A stretch of DNA of 64,000 nucleotides. Source: Trypanosoma brucei (lineage: Eukaryota). The translations under genes were made by a program, and so were the position numbers. Below are positions 46,901-57,101 of the stretch, one piece after another. The stretch covers positions 928,001-992,000 of the forward strand of contig AL929603.2 of assembly GCA_000002445.1 (NCBI GenBank), in the 5' to 3' direction. The notes beneath the pieces are model-generated. The model was not told the DNA's origin and did not search any database. It worked only from the letters and a program-made list of their open reading frames with translations. Position 1 is the stretch's first letter. Each line of letters begins with the position of its first letter.

Positions 46901-47136
46901 CGCGAGAGATGGGTAACTTTCTTGAGCGTCACTCAACCTTAACAACGACGGAGCGAGAACACATGGCATTGCAGTCAGCAGCCATTGCGGGCCCTCTCAC
47001 TCAACAACATGTAAGGCGTTTAGGTGAGAAGGGTAATAGCGGTGCTCCATTTCCAAATTGTGTGTTACTCTTCGATGGAGAACGCCTCTCCGCGATTGAT
47101 GACTGGGATCCGCTTGTGGAGTTGTGGCAAGTATGA
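43903..47136 (+). CDS. FAM91-family protein homolog (1077 aa as ORF; the start may be the ATG at 43957, 'MTANYH')
   Basis: The N-terminal region 'YYVSMVQHLKARLQLFPYPHVEAVVRYTHETPLVYYTVMIAELLKKERSYDTLPNFTAVDVLNCIGIGRNEYLELTREVRSK' closely parallels the conserved FAM91 N-terminal domain as I recall it (…LMLYPYHL…[34 protein letters not shown]). Confidence 0.6.
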   Translation: MVSCVQPVFFVIASRPLLMTANYHTAELHQALGAGVSYAELCFALQQRMSVAEYQEQAVLFGAMRYWSYRRLPNFVREDVSEEKYYVSMVQHLKARLQLFPYPHVEAVVRYTHETPLVYYTVMIAELLKKERSYDTLPNFTAVDVLNCIGIGRNEYLELTREVRSKVRWHVNRGFVKDHLPARLLSTMELTPFCRVLPVDGSAEPRKKSELTKEELLMHNHLLQCYKDQDSKDSSGETIVKNPENIRSKNGGSGGPEVKKVEGDFGRMGSQCGAVSAASASSPRTPLGAPPSAHSGASVAADGTPIVPSPKSADDAASIAHRCCYACELSRVELLGLYHKGLVCTILDVSIEDQIVVPPLEHFVMNRTSDDPIEVLLYKVLGTIDDRTSLRQLAKLLVLEEEDLCLAVQMCIRLRLAQPRTNRIPKDFEPFVERVHTSWSELVQPFLTEESSSPVAETESTDGFGVIVGDDINSGALADSLVESSWQPSIDTEGLDIAVHFDGDCIKNSSNEVNVQSIISNACGTEGQPAKRLVLLYDTSLLGFLMMTNLSTDPSFRQHVVTLFEMGKLSDETMGGFIEKLEQVQGARAECGLFGEAAQYVQNVLSLREVVKKLRQVVGPEGEQGLDMLKVESVNEQDPTTRYSLLARNYWAYFVASPVAQAPLIDVSIKGVYGSSVSLMPSPWMMLFLYEKVHMGPPSVLLPVGLPLFAWPPALQDSRKRCVAKLRLQPFMVNAEVTYAEVATSLILANEMTATAPLFVQRVVDVPLEIPAPSAMAAAAAEAAYEDGGLEGDVTCAMNGVVVESPFHMLLTVLVPFTASDDEAVELLCKAVQHKKPSVAALRFISNQTRNTTTFTPQVNDTNNTIISEEGVASDGGCDTPTADVEESDKVVTPRASASVMEETHPMMYVECFRSAVEALQLQDSLGHFNFHVSLYEVGNTSTDSGNAYLFRVDAAHIVDMGLGIALADQPCCELMVKHLEGLLSESRMEAHSKAMLQLSREMGNFLERHSTLTTTEREHMALQSAAIAGPLTQQHVRRLGEKGNSGAPFPNCVLLFDGERLSAIDDWDPLVELWQV

Positions 47137-47843
47137 AGTTTCTTTTTCTTTTGTCTTTTTAGGGAAGAGGAATTATAATGAAGCAATGTTTTGTTTTCTA
47201 TCTACTGTTTCTTTCTTTTTTTCCTTTTCCTTTTTTTTCTTTCAATTGGGCATGTCCTCACCTCCCTATGTTTTTTTTTGAACATTGGGCCATATAGTGG
47301 ATTGGTGCTTAGCCTCACCTCCCTTTTTTTTGTTTTCTGTAGGATGAAAAGGTACTTTTTTTGCAACCTCTCATCGGCGTTCATGAATGAAGTTATGAAG
47401 CCATGGAAGGCGGAAAACACAAAAACTTCTGCTGCTTTTAGTTGTTTACACGCACCTGAAGTTTTGTTGTTTTACATTGTTTATACGCCTCTGCCTAATT
47501 GTTTATTTGTCGTGGTTAACTTTTACGACTGCCATTCTTCCTGTTTGTTTTTGCTTGTTATTTAGTATTTGGTTGATTAGTGTTGCCGTGCGTGTGTGTA
47601 TGTGTTGGGAGTGTGAGTTATGCCCGCCTAATTTATTATTATTATGATTATGATTAAAATCGCTGTTACACCGCCCCTGCGGTTTGATGGATGTTCGCTA
47701 CTGTTGCTGTACTTATTCATCGTAACCCCCCTTTCCCCATCTTTGTCCTTCTTTTATTTTTCTTTGCCATATGCAGCATGTAGCGGTTGAGGGGTATCGC
47801 AACCTTGTCTATTTTAGGTACCGAATTAAATATCCATTGAACA

Positions 47844-50800
47844 ATGTCGTCTTACGAGGCCTTTCGCCTACGTGAGTTGAAACAGAAGATTCCATACGTG
47901 ATTGAATCCATAACTACAGCAGGGAACCTTGTTTTTATCGGTACAAATGACGGTAAACTTATCGTTTACGAACTTTCCCCCAGCAAAGGGGATCTTCGTT
48001 GTTTGCATATTCACACGGCCAGACGGAAACACCCTATTCTCGCCACTATTCCCATTGTGGAAAAGCAGATTCTTGTTGCGGTTGCGGACGACGCAATTTT
48101 GGTGTTCCGATTGGAAGAGCCGATAACATCTGCAGCGACGGATCACCCGCGGGAGGATCAGTTGCAGGAGCTTAGTGCAATAACTGGAATGAAGGACATT
48201 ACCGCCGTGCATGTTAAGCGGCAAAAGGGAATATTTTCCATGGCGGTACTGCAACGCAAAAAGGTCAGCATTTATGAGTATAGGGAGCAGGGACAACGGC
48301 AGGAGTTTATACCAGTGAGGGATGGGTTGCAGGTACCGGATGGCGGAAAGTCACTTACGTGGGCCAGTCGAAATATTATGGTAGCACTTCGTCGTGAATA
48401 TCTTTTAGTGGATGTGGCGAGTGGCATGGTGGAGTGTCTTTACCCTACTAGTAATAGCAAAGGTGTCAATCCCCTTCTGTTGCCGCTTGACCCCGTGCCG
48501 GAGGTTCTCGTAGACAATGGAAGAGGTAACGGGGCGCGCGCCCTCCATGACGGAACAATTCTCGCCGGTAATGAAGCCAACACGTTGGTGTGGTCCTCTC
48601 CACCAAATGGTGCAACGTATGTTCATCCTTTTTTGCTTACAGTACACAGCAGTAGCGGACTGGAGGTGCGGTTACCGTTTGCGAGTACAACACGCGGCTG
48701 CTCGGAAACCACGCCGCTGGGGCAAAGCATTGGTTGTAAAGGAATTGAACGTATTTCCCATCGTTCATACGCTGACTTTGATGTGACGCTGCCAACTAAA
48801 AGTACGCCAGCCGATGCGTTTCGCAGAGATGTGACCATCGCAACAAGTAGCAGTGGTGGTAGTACCAATACGGTTTATTTGGTTGAGATGGTGCCGCCAC
48901 GCGAGCAGGTGATGGGTCTCATCTCCGCCAAACAATTCGAGTTTGGATTGTTACTGTATGAGCTTTGTGTGAATGAGGTAGAGGAGGCTTTGGCAAAAAG
49001 CATGCAAACTCATTATGCGCTGTGGTGTGTTTACAAGCGTGGGGATGTTAAGACCGCCATTTTGCGCTTCCGCGACGCACGGGTCGACCCTCGGTTGGTT
49101 ATTAGTCTCTTCCCCGGGTTTCTCACACAACGTGCGCGTGATGCGTGGCAGGTACCCGCTGATCTGAGCGAGTTGCTGTCGTCTTTCCGTGCGTTTGAGG
49201 GTGTTGTGTGCTCAAATGAGTCTGTGGATCTTCTTCTTGACTACGTGACTTCTCTCCGCCCAGAATATATTGCCGCTGGTAGCAGCGCGTCCGTGGGAAT
49301 GGATACGTCTCTCTACCCTGATGTGGATGTGGTGCTTGAGGCGGTCGATACGGCAATTCTGAGGGCATATGTTTTCTTGGGACAAGAGAAGGAGCTCTTA
49401 AATTTTTTGTGCACGGAAAACGCATGTGCTCCCAGGGATTCGGAGCAGTGTCTTTTGAAAGGTGAGCAATGGGTGGGGCTGGTGGCTTTATGGTACCGCC
49501 AGGGCTTACATAGCAGAAGTTTAGAGTTATTGAAGGAACTTGCTGTGACGGGGGAACCAACATGTAGTGCCATTGGTTCATCCGTAAATAAGGAAGGAGA
49601 AGGGATAGACACGGTGCCGAACACTATCCAGGATGATAATGTTATACGAGATTCTTTTAATGATGAGTTTCTCTCCGTGCTGCGGCGTCTGCTTCCCAAA
49701 GTAATGATACCTGAGCATGAGACAAGTGGTATATTTATTTCCCAGAGTGATATTTATAGCCACATGGAAGCGCCAATGGACCAAGAGGAGGACCTTCAGC
49801 AGTCGGCACGGTTGCTTCGGCGTTGTGTGGGTGTTGTGACGACAATTCTTTATTGCAGAAAACTTGCGTGGGACATACCAGAGACCCTCCAGTTGGTGGC
49901 GCGTCACGCTCTTTGGGTTCTGGCAAATATTCCACCACTGTGGTCAGTTATGTTATTTCCAGTAGACAAAATGACGGCTGAACAACAAGCCGCTGTGCTT
50001 CGATTAGTTCGCACCGACATGATGGGCGTTGGAACCACCAATATGCATGAGCGAGTGGTAGAGTGGTTATCTCTCATTCTTGGAAACCAATATGACACCT
50101 GCAGGGATGCGGCAATGCATGACGCCTACTGGAAAAGTTTGGTGGAAGTGGTGTTCGTTGAGGGCGAACAGGCGAAATCAGTGGGTGTTGGTGCTGAAAT
50201 TGAGGTGGAGGAAACCGAAATTAGGCAGAGGCGGAGGAAGGTGCTTTGTGACTTCTTGAGCTCTTCGTCTTTCATGAACCTTTCAGTTGTACGCGCGTAT
50301 TTGGAGCAGCCAACCGTGCGCTCTCAGGCATATCCCGAACGGGCAATAATTTATCAGCGCTTGAAGTTGCATGGGGAAGCCGTTCGCATGTGTCTCTACG
50401 AGATGAACCAATTGGAGGAGGCGAAGTACTATGCGATTCGGGCCAGCCGTGATGAAGAGGATGTATTCCTCGTGCTTCTTAAGGAATTACTTCGTCCCTC
50501 AACCGGTGCGGAGCCACGACTCGAGGAAGCGATGTCTATTGCGAGTACGTGTGGGAGTATTGAACCCCTTGCTGTTCTTGAGTTGCTGCCTGATAATACA
50601 CCCATTGCAGTTGTGGAGGATTTTCTCAGACGCTCGCTTTCCGTTGCTGCCATGCGGAACCGAAGTGCGGCCATTTACGCCAGCGTGTTAGAAGCCCGAG
50701 TGCGGCAGGCGGAAAAGGTGCTTGAGCTTGAGAAGTCGCGGCGAGTTGTAATCGACATCGAAAGCTCCTGCGCGGTATGCGGGAAGAAACTACGGCCGGG

Positions 50801-50930
50801 GACGGTTTTCGCCCGCTTTCCAAATGGCATCCTTGTGCATCACGTCTGCATAGATGATGAAAGTGTCTGTCCTGTTACGCATAAAGACTTCCGAAAGGGT
50901 GTTGAGGTCCTATTGCGGGAAGTGTTGTAA
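47844..50930 (+). CDS. Vps39/Vam6/TRAP1-family protein (CNH N-terminal domain and C-terminal Zn-finger; HOPS/CORVET-type tethering subunit, 1028 aa)
   Basis: The N-terminus 'IESITTAGNLVFIGTNDGKLIVYEL' is typical of the citron-homology (CNH) beta-propeller. The extreme C-terminus 'CAVCGKKLRPGTVFARFPNGILVHHVC…CPVTH' matches the Vps39/Vps3/TGFBRAP1 C-terminal zinc-finger pattern. Confidence 0.6.
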   Translation: MSSYEAFRLRELKQKIPYVIESITTAGNLVFIGTNDGKLIVYELSPSKGDLRCLHIHTARRKHPILATIPIVEKQILVAVADDAILVFRLEEPITSAATDHPREDQLQELSAITGMKDITAVHVKRQKGIFSMAVLQRKKVSIYEYREQGQRQEFIPVRDGLQVPDGGKSLTWASRNIMVALRREYLLVDVASGMVECLYPTSNSKGVNPLLLPLDPVPEVLVDNGRGNGARALHDGTILAGNEANTLVWSSPPNGATYVHPFLLTVHSSSGLEVRLPFASTTRGCSETTPLGQSIGCKGIERISHRSYADFDVTLPTKSTPADAFRRDVTIATSSSGGSTNTVYLVEMVPPREQVMGLISAKQFEFGLLLYELCVNEVEEALAKSMQTHYALWCVYKRGDVKTAILRFRDARVDPRLVISLFPGFLTQRARDAWQVPADLSELLSSFRAFEGVVCSNESVDLLLDYVTSLRPEYIAAGSSASVGMDTSLYPDVDVVLEAVDTAILRAYVFLGQEKELLNFLCTENACAPRDSEQCLLKGEQWVGLVALWYRQGLHSRSLELLKELAVTGEPTCSAIGSSVNKEGEGIDTVPNTIQDDNVIRDSFNDEFLSVLRRLLPKVMIPEHETSGIFISQSDIYSHMEAPMDQEEDLQQSARLLRRCVGVVTTILYCRKLAWDIPETLQLVARHALWVLANIPPLWSVMLFPVDKMTAEQQAAVLRLVRTDMMGVGTTNMHERVVEWLSLILGNQYDTCRDAAMHDAYWKSLVEVVFVEGEQAKSVGVGAEIEVEETEIRQRRRKVLCDFLSSSSFMNLSVVRAYLEQPTVRSQAYPERAIIYQRLKLHGEAVRMCLYEMNQLEEAKYYAIRASRDEEDVFLVLLKELLRPSTGAEPRLEEAMSIASTCGSIEPLAVLELLPDNTPIAVVEDFLRRSLSVAAMRNRSAAIYASVLEARVRQAEKVLELEKSRRVVIDIESSCAVCGKKLRPGTVFARFPNGILVHHVCIDDESVCPVTHKDFRKGVEVLLREVL

Positions 50931-51542
50931 TCAGGGAAGATAATGGTATAACTATATTTTGCTCTGTGTAAAATTTGGTGCTTCCGAGTCGTATGATGTG
51001 GGCACACGTGCGTGTTTGTGGAGGTGATGTTAAAAGAAATAAAGGAGGGGGAAACTGCATATGCTGTAAGGATATTCAGCTTGGAAACTGAAGAGCTTTC
51101 ATCACTCAAAGGTGAGATGTTTTAAACTTTCTTTGGCGTATGCTCCACCGCCTATGGATTCACTTAGGCCTCTCCCCCTCCTCTTTTCCCTTCTCTCTCT
51201 TACGCTCATTCATTCATTCATTCATTTTAATTTTTATGTGCGGGTTCTTGTGATCCGCATTGGTATTCTCACCTTCCACTTCAATGGCCGTGGTAAACCG
51301 CCCTCCTGCTGCGCGCCATTCATCTTTTTAACATATGTTTTACGATCATGTTGTAAGTGTGCTTGTGATTCAGTTTCTCTCTTTCTCTTCATTATTTCTT
51401 TCATATTTTCGTGATGCGCTACGCAAATATCCGCATTCGGAAATAACAATGCGAATTGTGCACAATAATAATAATAATAATATATAATATTAACAATAAA
51501 ATAGGCGAAGGCATTGAAGTGCTTTTTTTTCTTGGTGGGGGC

Positions 51543-53555
51543 ATGGCGGCCTTCTTCGGTTCGCTGGTAAAGTCTTTTATTCTTCCCAAGCCTTCTCCTA
51601 CTTATAGTGCAGACAAACACCCTGGTAAACTGGTGCATATACCGAGGGTTGACTGGGATACACGGAAGGAAAATGGCACCTTTACGTACGGGTTGCTACT
51701 GCTCGACACGGCTGCTAAATTCATCATCATCTACGCTCACACAAATGCCGTAGACGTTGCGATGGTGTTTGAAACAATGTCATATGTAAGTAAGCGTACC
51801 TCTACCTCTGTACTGCTTGTGGAATACACGGGTTACGGAATTGCATATGGTGAGACGACAGAGCGTTCCATGAATGAAGATGTGCTGTCGGCGTATTATT
51901 ACGCTGTGCGTCACATGCGGGTGCCCGCTGATCGCGTAGTGCTGATGGGCTGTTCCATCGGTACGGGGCCATCAGCTCAAGTATGTGCGCTTCTGCAAGG
52001 TGAAGAGGAGGTTCCAGCACTTCTTGTGCTTCAATCCCCTTTTACATCACTAAAGGAATGCGCAAATGATATGACGCCCAATGTGGGCTCAATTGTGGGC
52101 TACTTGGGTTATGATTGGTTTCGTACCATTGACGTGGTTGCGCAGGTGCGATGCCCCATCATTATTCACCACGGGCAATGCGATGATGTGGTGCCGTTTG
52201 AACACGCGCAGCAGCTAAAACGGACCATCGAAGAGGCAACACCACCCGGTGTAGTGGAGCTCCATGCGGAACCGAATCGCGGTCACAACGATCTTCCCAC
52301 AGAGAGCGCGAATCGTTTTATAGATAAGAAACTACGATCGTTTGGGCAGCCGCGATGTCTACAACCCAGATGCCGGCCCTATCATTTAGTAAACCCATCC
52401 ATTTACGAGTATCTCTTCTGCGTGAAAGAGCAACCCATAATCAACATGGAAGAACTTCTAAAGCACTGGAATGAAACTTTATCCATAGGTTCCTTCGCCT
52501 ATAAGCGAGAGAAGCTGTACGTACTTCTCACAGCTTCCGTGTCACTCTTCGCTATGCGATGTGCCAGGGCGTGGCAACATTACGCGGGAAGTCGGAAGCG
52601 GCATTACGGTAACAGTTATAGCGCCAGTTGCAATGGCAGTGTTGGTGTTGTTGGTGGTAGTGGTGGTAACGGTGATGGCAGTGGCAGCGGTGCAGAGGAG
52701 TTATATTGTGCTAAGGAGGATATCATTAAGAGGTGTTTAGCCTGTTGGGGAAGTCCTCTTGGTGCCTACTTAAGTGTACGTGGCCCTCCAATCCGTCACA
52801 AGATATTTGGCGTTCACTTGGATGTGTGTGTGGAGAATGTGGTGGCTAGCGATGGTATTAGCAATGAATCGGGTTTCCGTTCTTGTGGAGGCAATCCCTA
52901 TTTCCTGAAGCGTGATACAGGGGAGGCATACTTGAGCGTAGCGGAGTTGGAGTTTACGCATGGCTTAACAAGAAGCGTCGCTGCAGCCATGTCCACCGCT
53001 CCCACTCTTGGCGGTGAGGAAGATGAAATGGACGTGTTTCTTCAGAAGAATGTGGTTACGAGAATACAGACACAATGTGAGCGTGTGGTTGCGTTTCTTG
53101 ATAGTAATGAGTGGGAGAATATGTTGGAAGTTCTCGTGAGATTTGGCCAGCGAGCACCATCGTTTCTCAGCAGTAAAGCGCTGCAGTATTATTCGGAGTG
53201 CTCATCTCAGGCACGCTTCGGTGACAGTTGTGGGACCGGTGCCGCGTGTTGCGGTAATGATAGCGGCCCGGCACCACGCAGCGAAGTGATGGAAACCATT
53301 GAAGATGTTGATGAGTGGCTCAGGCCGTGGGTTGTTAGTCCTGACACGCGAATGCAATTGGGAACGGAGGTGCCTTGGGATTATTACCTTTTGAAGGCTC
53401 GTCTTTGTGTCATTGAATACACGCCGCTGGGACCCGATACGAGTTGGGAGGAGGCGCGACGCATTACTGACGCGTGGAGGGTTGTGAAGATAATTCATGA
53501 CCTCTTTTGTAGTTACTCCCGCCGTGTCCTCCACCCCTCTTTCAGCGCGTCATGA
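51543..53555 (+). CDS. Alpha/beta-hydrolase, ABHD17/FAM108-like serine hydrolase domain (N-terminal ~300 aa) fused to a ~370-aa C-terminal extension
   Basis: - 'MAAFFGSLVKSFILPKPSPTY…' N-terminus, as in ABHD17-type depalmitoylases.
- Nucleophile elbow 'GCSIGTG' (G-x-S-x-G).
- 'IIHHGQCDDVVPFEHAQ…NRGHND' (acid and His region).
The start is at the second ATG; the upstream in-frame codons are poly-Ile from an AT-run. The C-terminal extension has a G/S-rich linker. Confidence 0.65.
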   Translation: MAAFFGSLVKSFILPKPSPTYSADKHPGKLVHIPRVDWDTRKENGTFTYGLLLLDTAAKFIIIYAHTNAVDVAMVFETMSYVSKRTSTSVLLVEYTGYGIAYGETTERSMNEDVLSAYYYAVRHMRVPADRVVLMGCSIGTGPSAQVCALLQGEEEVPALLVLQSPFTSLKECANDMTPNVGSIVGYLGYDWFRTIDVVAQVRCPIIIHHGQCDDVVPFEHAQQLKRTIEEATPPGVVELHAEPNRGHNDLPTESANRFIDKKLRSFGQPRCLQPRCRPYHLVNPSIYEYLFCVKEQPIINMEELLKHWNETLSIGSFAYKREKLYVLLTASVSLFAMRCARAWQHYAGSRKRHYGNSYSASCNGSVGVVGGSGGNGDGSGSGAEELYCAKEDIIKRCLACWGSPLGAYLSVRGPPIRHKIFGVHLDVCVENVVASDGISNESGFRSCGGNPYFLKRDTGEAYLSVAELEFTHGLTRSVAAAMSTAPTLGGEEDEMDVFLQKNVVTRIQTQCERVVAFLDSNEWENMLEVLVRFGQRAPSFLSSKALQYYSECSSQARFGDSCGTGAACCGNDSGPAPRSEVMETIEDVDEWLRPWVVSPDTRMQLGTEVPWDYYLLKARLCVIEYTPLGPDTSWEEARRITDAWRVVKIIHDLFCSYSRRVLHPSFSAS

Positions 53556-54544
53556 GTTGGCTGCAAACGCTGTGAGAGTAGTAAAAGTATACATGAAAGT
53601 TAATTAGGAGATAAGAAGGCAGAAAAAGGAAGGCTGGTGGCAATGGTGAAGTACGCGGGACAGTGCCATTGCCAATGGATCACATTCCGTGAAACCAGCA
53701 GCGGCAGTTACATAAGCGTAAAGCGGAACAATAACTAAGCAATCAGTTATGAGGCGCGGAATGAGGGGAAATAGCGATGCAGATAAGTTTAAAAGCAGGA
53801 AGAGCAACAAATAAATGTGCAAAATCCGCTCTGCGTGAGGCATACCCGCGTTAAAGGAGATTAAGCGAAAGGTTGGGTGGGAGAACCGGCTGCCTTCTTA
53901 TGCGGGGGTTTCCGACACAAGTTTCGCTTGTATGATCATCTCGCGGTTTCTTAATGGGCTCACTTCCACATGTCCGCTCTCTTTAAATGCACCTTGCTGG
54001 TCGTGTACCGCAGTTTCAAAGTGAACATATTTCCGTACCTCTTTCTTTTCCATTTTAGTCTTGTTTGTCCGTTAATTCGATGCAAAAGTTGCTTTCGTCG
54101 ATGCTCTCGTTGTTATTATTATTATTATTTGTTACAGTTGCCAGTTATTGCAATTTTTGTCTTGCCGTGGTCTCTGGATTTTGGAGTTCACGCGCTTATA
54201 TCTTCTCGCGCCGTTTTTTCGCTCACTCAATTTGTTTGTCTCTCCGCTATTTCTTCTATTTGTTTATTTATTTCGGCCTCCGCTACTGCGTTTGCTATTT
54301 CTATCCTTTCTTTTGACCTTTGTAGAAGGGAACTGTTGTAGTTTCTTTTTCTGTCATTGCGTCTTACTTCAGGGCGCGTAGCGGATACTCAATAATTGTA
54401 GTAGAGGCACGGGTCTCAACTCTGTGGATCTTCTCGCATAGAAAAGGGCAGAAGTATATACATTCATAAATAAATATATATATATATATATCAGCACAAG
54501 CATACAGATTGTAGCAAACTCCATATAAAATTTAAAACAGTTAA

Positions 54545-55948
54545 ATGCGCTCGCGCGAGGTGTACAGCGGATCGCAACCCATAGAGGAATATCATTCACC
54601 CAGTTCCCCATCAATTTCAAGTTCTGGTGACCCCTGTCGTGAGCCCATATCACCTTTGGGGGATCGCACGTTGATTATGGCTTTAGACGGAATGTTGCAT
54701 GCCTCCCGCAAGGATGGCGGATTTGAGGGAGTGCTACGTTACGACGACTTGCGGCAGTTGTTGGCGAGGTTGGGCCTTACGTGGGAAACAGATCGTATTG
54801 ATGACTGTTGGTATGATATAGTGAGGGGTCATGCCGCGCCAGTTGCGGATGACATGTCATGGGTTCGACATTGCGTTTGTGAACACCTCTATGGAGAGTG
54901 CGCTGGGATAAGCACCACAGAGCTTTTGAGTGAGCAGCAGACACTTTCACCGCGGGACGAATTCTGTAATCTCGCGGAACTAAATGCCATCTCTGCATGG
55001 CGTACACCCGCGAAAGAAAAGAGGGATCGAACACAAGCGGTAGCGCCGTCGAAATTCACGTTAAGGGCGAAAACTGTGGTTAAAGGAGGTGCCGGTTTGG
55101 AAGGGACGTCGCCTAAACGAGAAGCGCAGCCGCAACGACAGCGGTCTCCGCCGCGGTCAGCGACATCACCTCAATTGTTGTTCGATGAGGCGGTGTGCGG
55201 CAGAGGTATTAGTCCACGTCAGGGCATCTGCTTTACGTCACCTACGATGTCAAGTATGCGGAGGGGGCGCGCTACCGCTGTAATGTCGAGGCACCGGTCT
55301 GGATTAAGTACTGACAGTTTCCCTAGACGAAGGAGTCCCTCACCATCGTCGCATGGTGATGTGTTCCACCGCCTAACAGAAGATGCCCACAGCAGGAGAA
55401 ATCGGCAACTTGCCGTTGCTGCAGCAGCCGTTGAGGCTCAATCGGCAGCGCAAACGGGGGGCACCGTTTCCACAAGTCCTGCGCGATCCCGTCGTCCATC
55501 ACCTGGTGGGCGTGGGATGTGGGAACGGCCAACAAAATCATACCAGGCTAAGTTTTCTGGTGAGCCTCCACCATTTGACCCTCTTGAGTCACAACCGGCC
55601 ACTCCACCCGTGACGAGGCATAAACCACCGGGACCTTCGTCTTTTGTACCAACGGGATATGTAGAGGCGGTAGCGCGGTTGCGAAAATACGCATCATCAC
55701 GCCCACATTATCAGGACTTCATGAGCTCTCTTCGTTCAGAGCCCGTAACTTCTCACGTAGTCGATGATACGCCAATTCTTAGATTGCCAGTGCGGGGGGG
55801 TGCTCGGCAGTTTTCGGGAAAAGTTGTTGATGTGCGACTCGCAACGCCCACACGGTCACGATCCAACGATGTGCTTCGTGATGTGCCGTATGATGATCCA
55901 TCGCGGGTGATTTATCAAAACATGCTGCGGGGAAGGCGGTGTGCATAA
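54545..55948 (+). CDS. Hypothetical S/P/R-rich, probably disordered protein (467 aa)
   Basis: Long ORF. The N-terminal ~150 aa are non-repetitive. The remainder is proline-, serine- and arginine-rich. No motif recognised. Confidence 0.45.
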   Translation: MRSREVYSGSQPIEEYHSPSSPSISSSGDPCREPISPLGDRTLIMALDGMLHASRKDGGFEGVLRYDDLRQLLARLGLTWETDRIDDCWYDIVRGHAAPVADDMSWVRHCVCEHLYGECAGISTTELLSEQQTLSPRDEFCNLAELNAISAWRTPAKEKRDRTQAVAPSKFTLRAKTVVKGGAGLEGTSPKREAQPQRQRSPPRSATSPQLLFDEAVCGRGISPRQGICFTSPTMSSMRRGRATAVMSRHRSGLSTDSFPRRRSPSPSSHGDVFHRLTEDAHSRRNRQLAVAAAAVEAQSAAQTGGTVSTSPARSRRPSPGGRGMWERPTKSYQAKFSGEPPPFDPLESQPATPPVTRHKPPGPSSFVPTGYVEAVARLRKYASSRPHYQDFMSSLRSEPVTSHVVDDTPILRLPVRGGARQFSGKVVDVRLATPTRSRSNDVLRDVPYDDPSRVIYQNMLRGRRCA

Positions 55949-56447
55949 GTTTTATACGCCGAGGCGGCATAGACGCGATTTCCATAGGGATGTTTTGTTT
56001 TTGTTTTTTACTTTCCCTGCTTTTATATCATTATTGTTAGTCTTTTTTTTCTTTTTTGAACGATTTTCTTCCGCATTTTTATTTTGAATATCAGGCACGC
56101 TAGAATTTTTAATTTCATAGAAAAATGTACGTTTTGAGCTTCTGTATTGCGTATTCTCGTGAAATGAGTTCATTCCTTTCTTTTTTTAAAAAAATTGTTG
56201 ATCCTTTTTTTTTCCCCCTCCCCTGTTCCTACCGGCCCCATGTCTTTTAACCATTGTGCTTGTGACCCATCGCTTGTAATGAAAATAACATTTTCTTTCC
56301 ATATAAATTTGTTTGTAATGTATCTGTATTTGTGTGTGTTTACTTTAGGCGTAGTGACACACACACACACAAAAAAAAAAAAATAGGAGGGGAAACCTGT
56401 AAGTCCAGCCCAACCGCGTGAGGTTGCGTATAGTTTGAGCCACTGCA

Positions 56448-57101
56448 GTGGGCATTTCAATGCGGTTGTCTAATCGTTGCCTCATAAAGCGGGATTTTGA
56501 TGCTTGGGCTTATAACATATACTGGCCGCAGAAAAAGGCGTTTCTTCCACTAATGGGCTTCGCGAGTTTAACAGTTGAGGATATTAAGTTTGCATACAAT
56601 GCGTGGTGTCTCTTGCGTCTCGCAATGTTTTATGGTGCCACACACCCAAAGGTTCTCAGTCCATTAGTGAACTGCACTCCATCAATGGACATCATACATG
56701 GCGGAAATCGAATTTTTTACATGCACTCGCAAGTGTCCACTCCCCTTTCACAACGAAAAATAAAAGTTGCACTAACTCCCTGCCATCCCGGGGCACAATT
56801 ACTGCAGTCATTTCCGTGGGAAACTGCAGCTCAACAGGGCGGTTGGGGTTCAACGGAGGGCGATGATAATTGCGGCGTGGAGATAATTCTCGGAATGGAA
56901 AATGGCATGTCTGAAGAGGTACGTGCGGGATGTGATTATTGCCTTTACGTGCCTCAATACGGTTCTGTAGGTTCACTTTCAATGCTTTCAGCAATGGCAA
57001 TTGCCGTACATTTGGCCTTCTGTGCGCGGTGGATGAGGCGGGGTACTGAAGTGAATGAACGACTTGTACCATTTTTGGGGGCATATGCCTTTGAGCAGTG
57101 A
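56448..57101 (+). CDS. SpoU/TrmH-like RNA 2'-O-methyltransferase-fold protein (217 aa; motif 1 degenerate)
   Basis: Motif 2-like 'VEIILGMENGMSEEV' and motif 3-like 'DYCLYVPQYGSVGSLSMLSAMAIAVHLAF' (the SpoU family consensus is lvlGnEg.Gls … v.IPm.g…SLNvsvAaaI). The motif 1 position is degenerate ('AYNAWCLLRLAMFYGAT' versus NxGaiiRta.afG). Confidence 0.5.
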   Translation: MGISMRLSNRCLIKRDFDAWAYNIYWPQKKAFLPLMGFASLTVEDIKFAYNAWCLLRLAMFYGATHPKVLSPLVNCTPSMDIIHGGNRIFYMHSQVSTPLSQRKIKVALTPCHPGAQLLQSFPWETAAQQGGWGSTEGDDNCGVEIILGMENGMSEEVRAGCDYCLYVPQYGSVGSLSMLSAMAIAVHLAFCARWMRRGTEVNERLVPFLGAYAFEQ

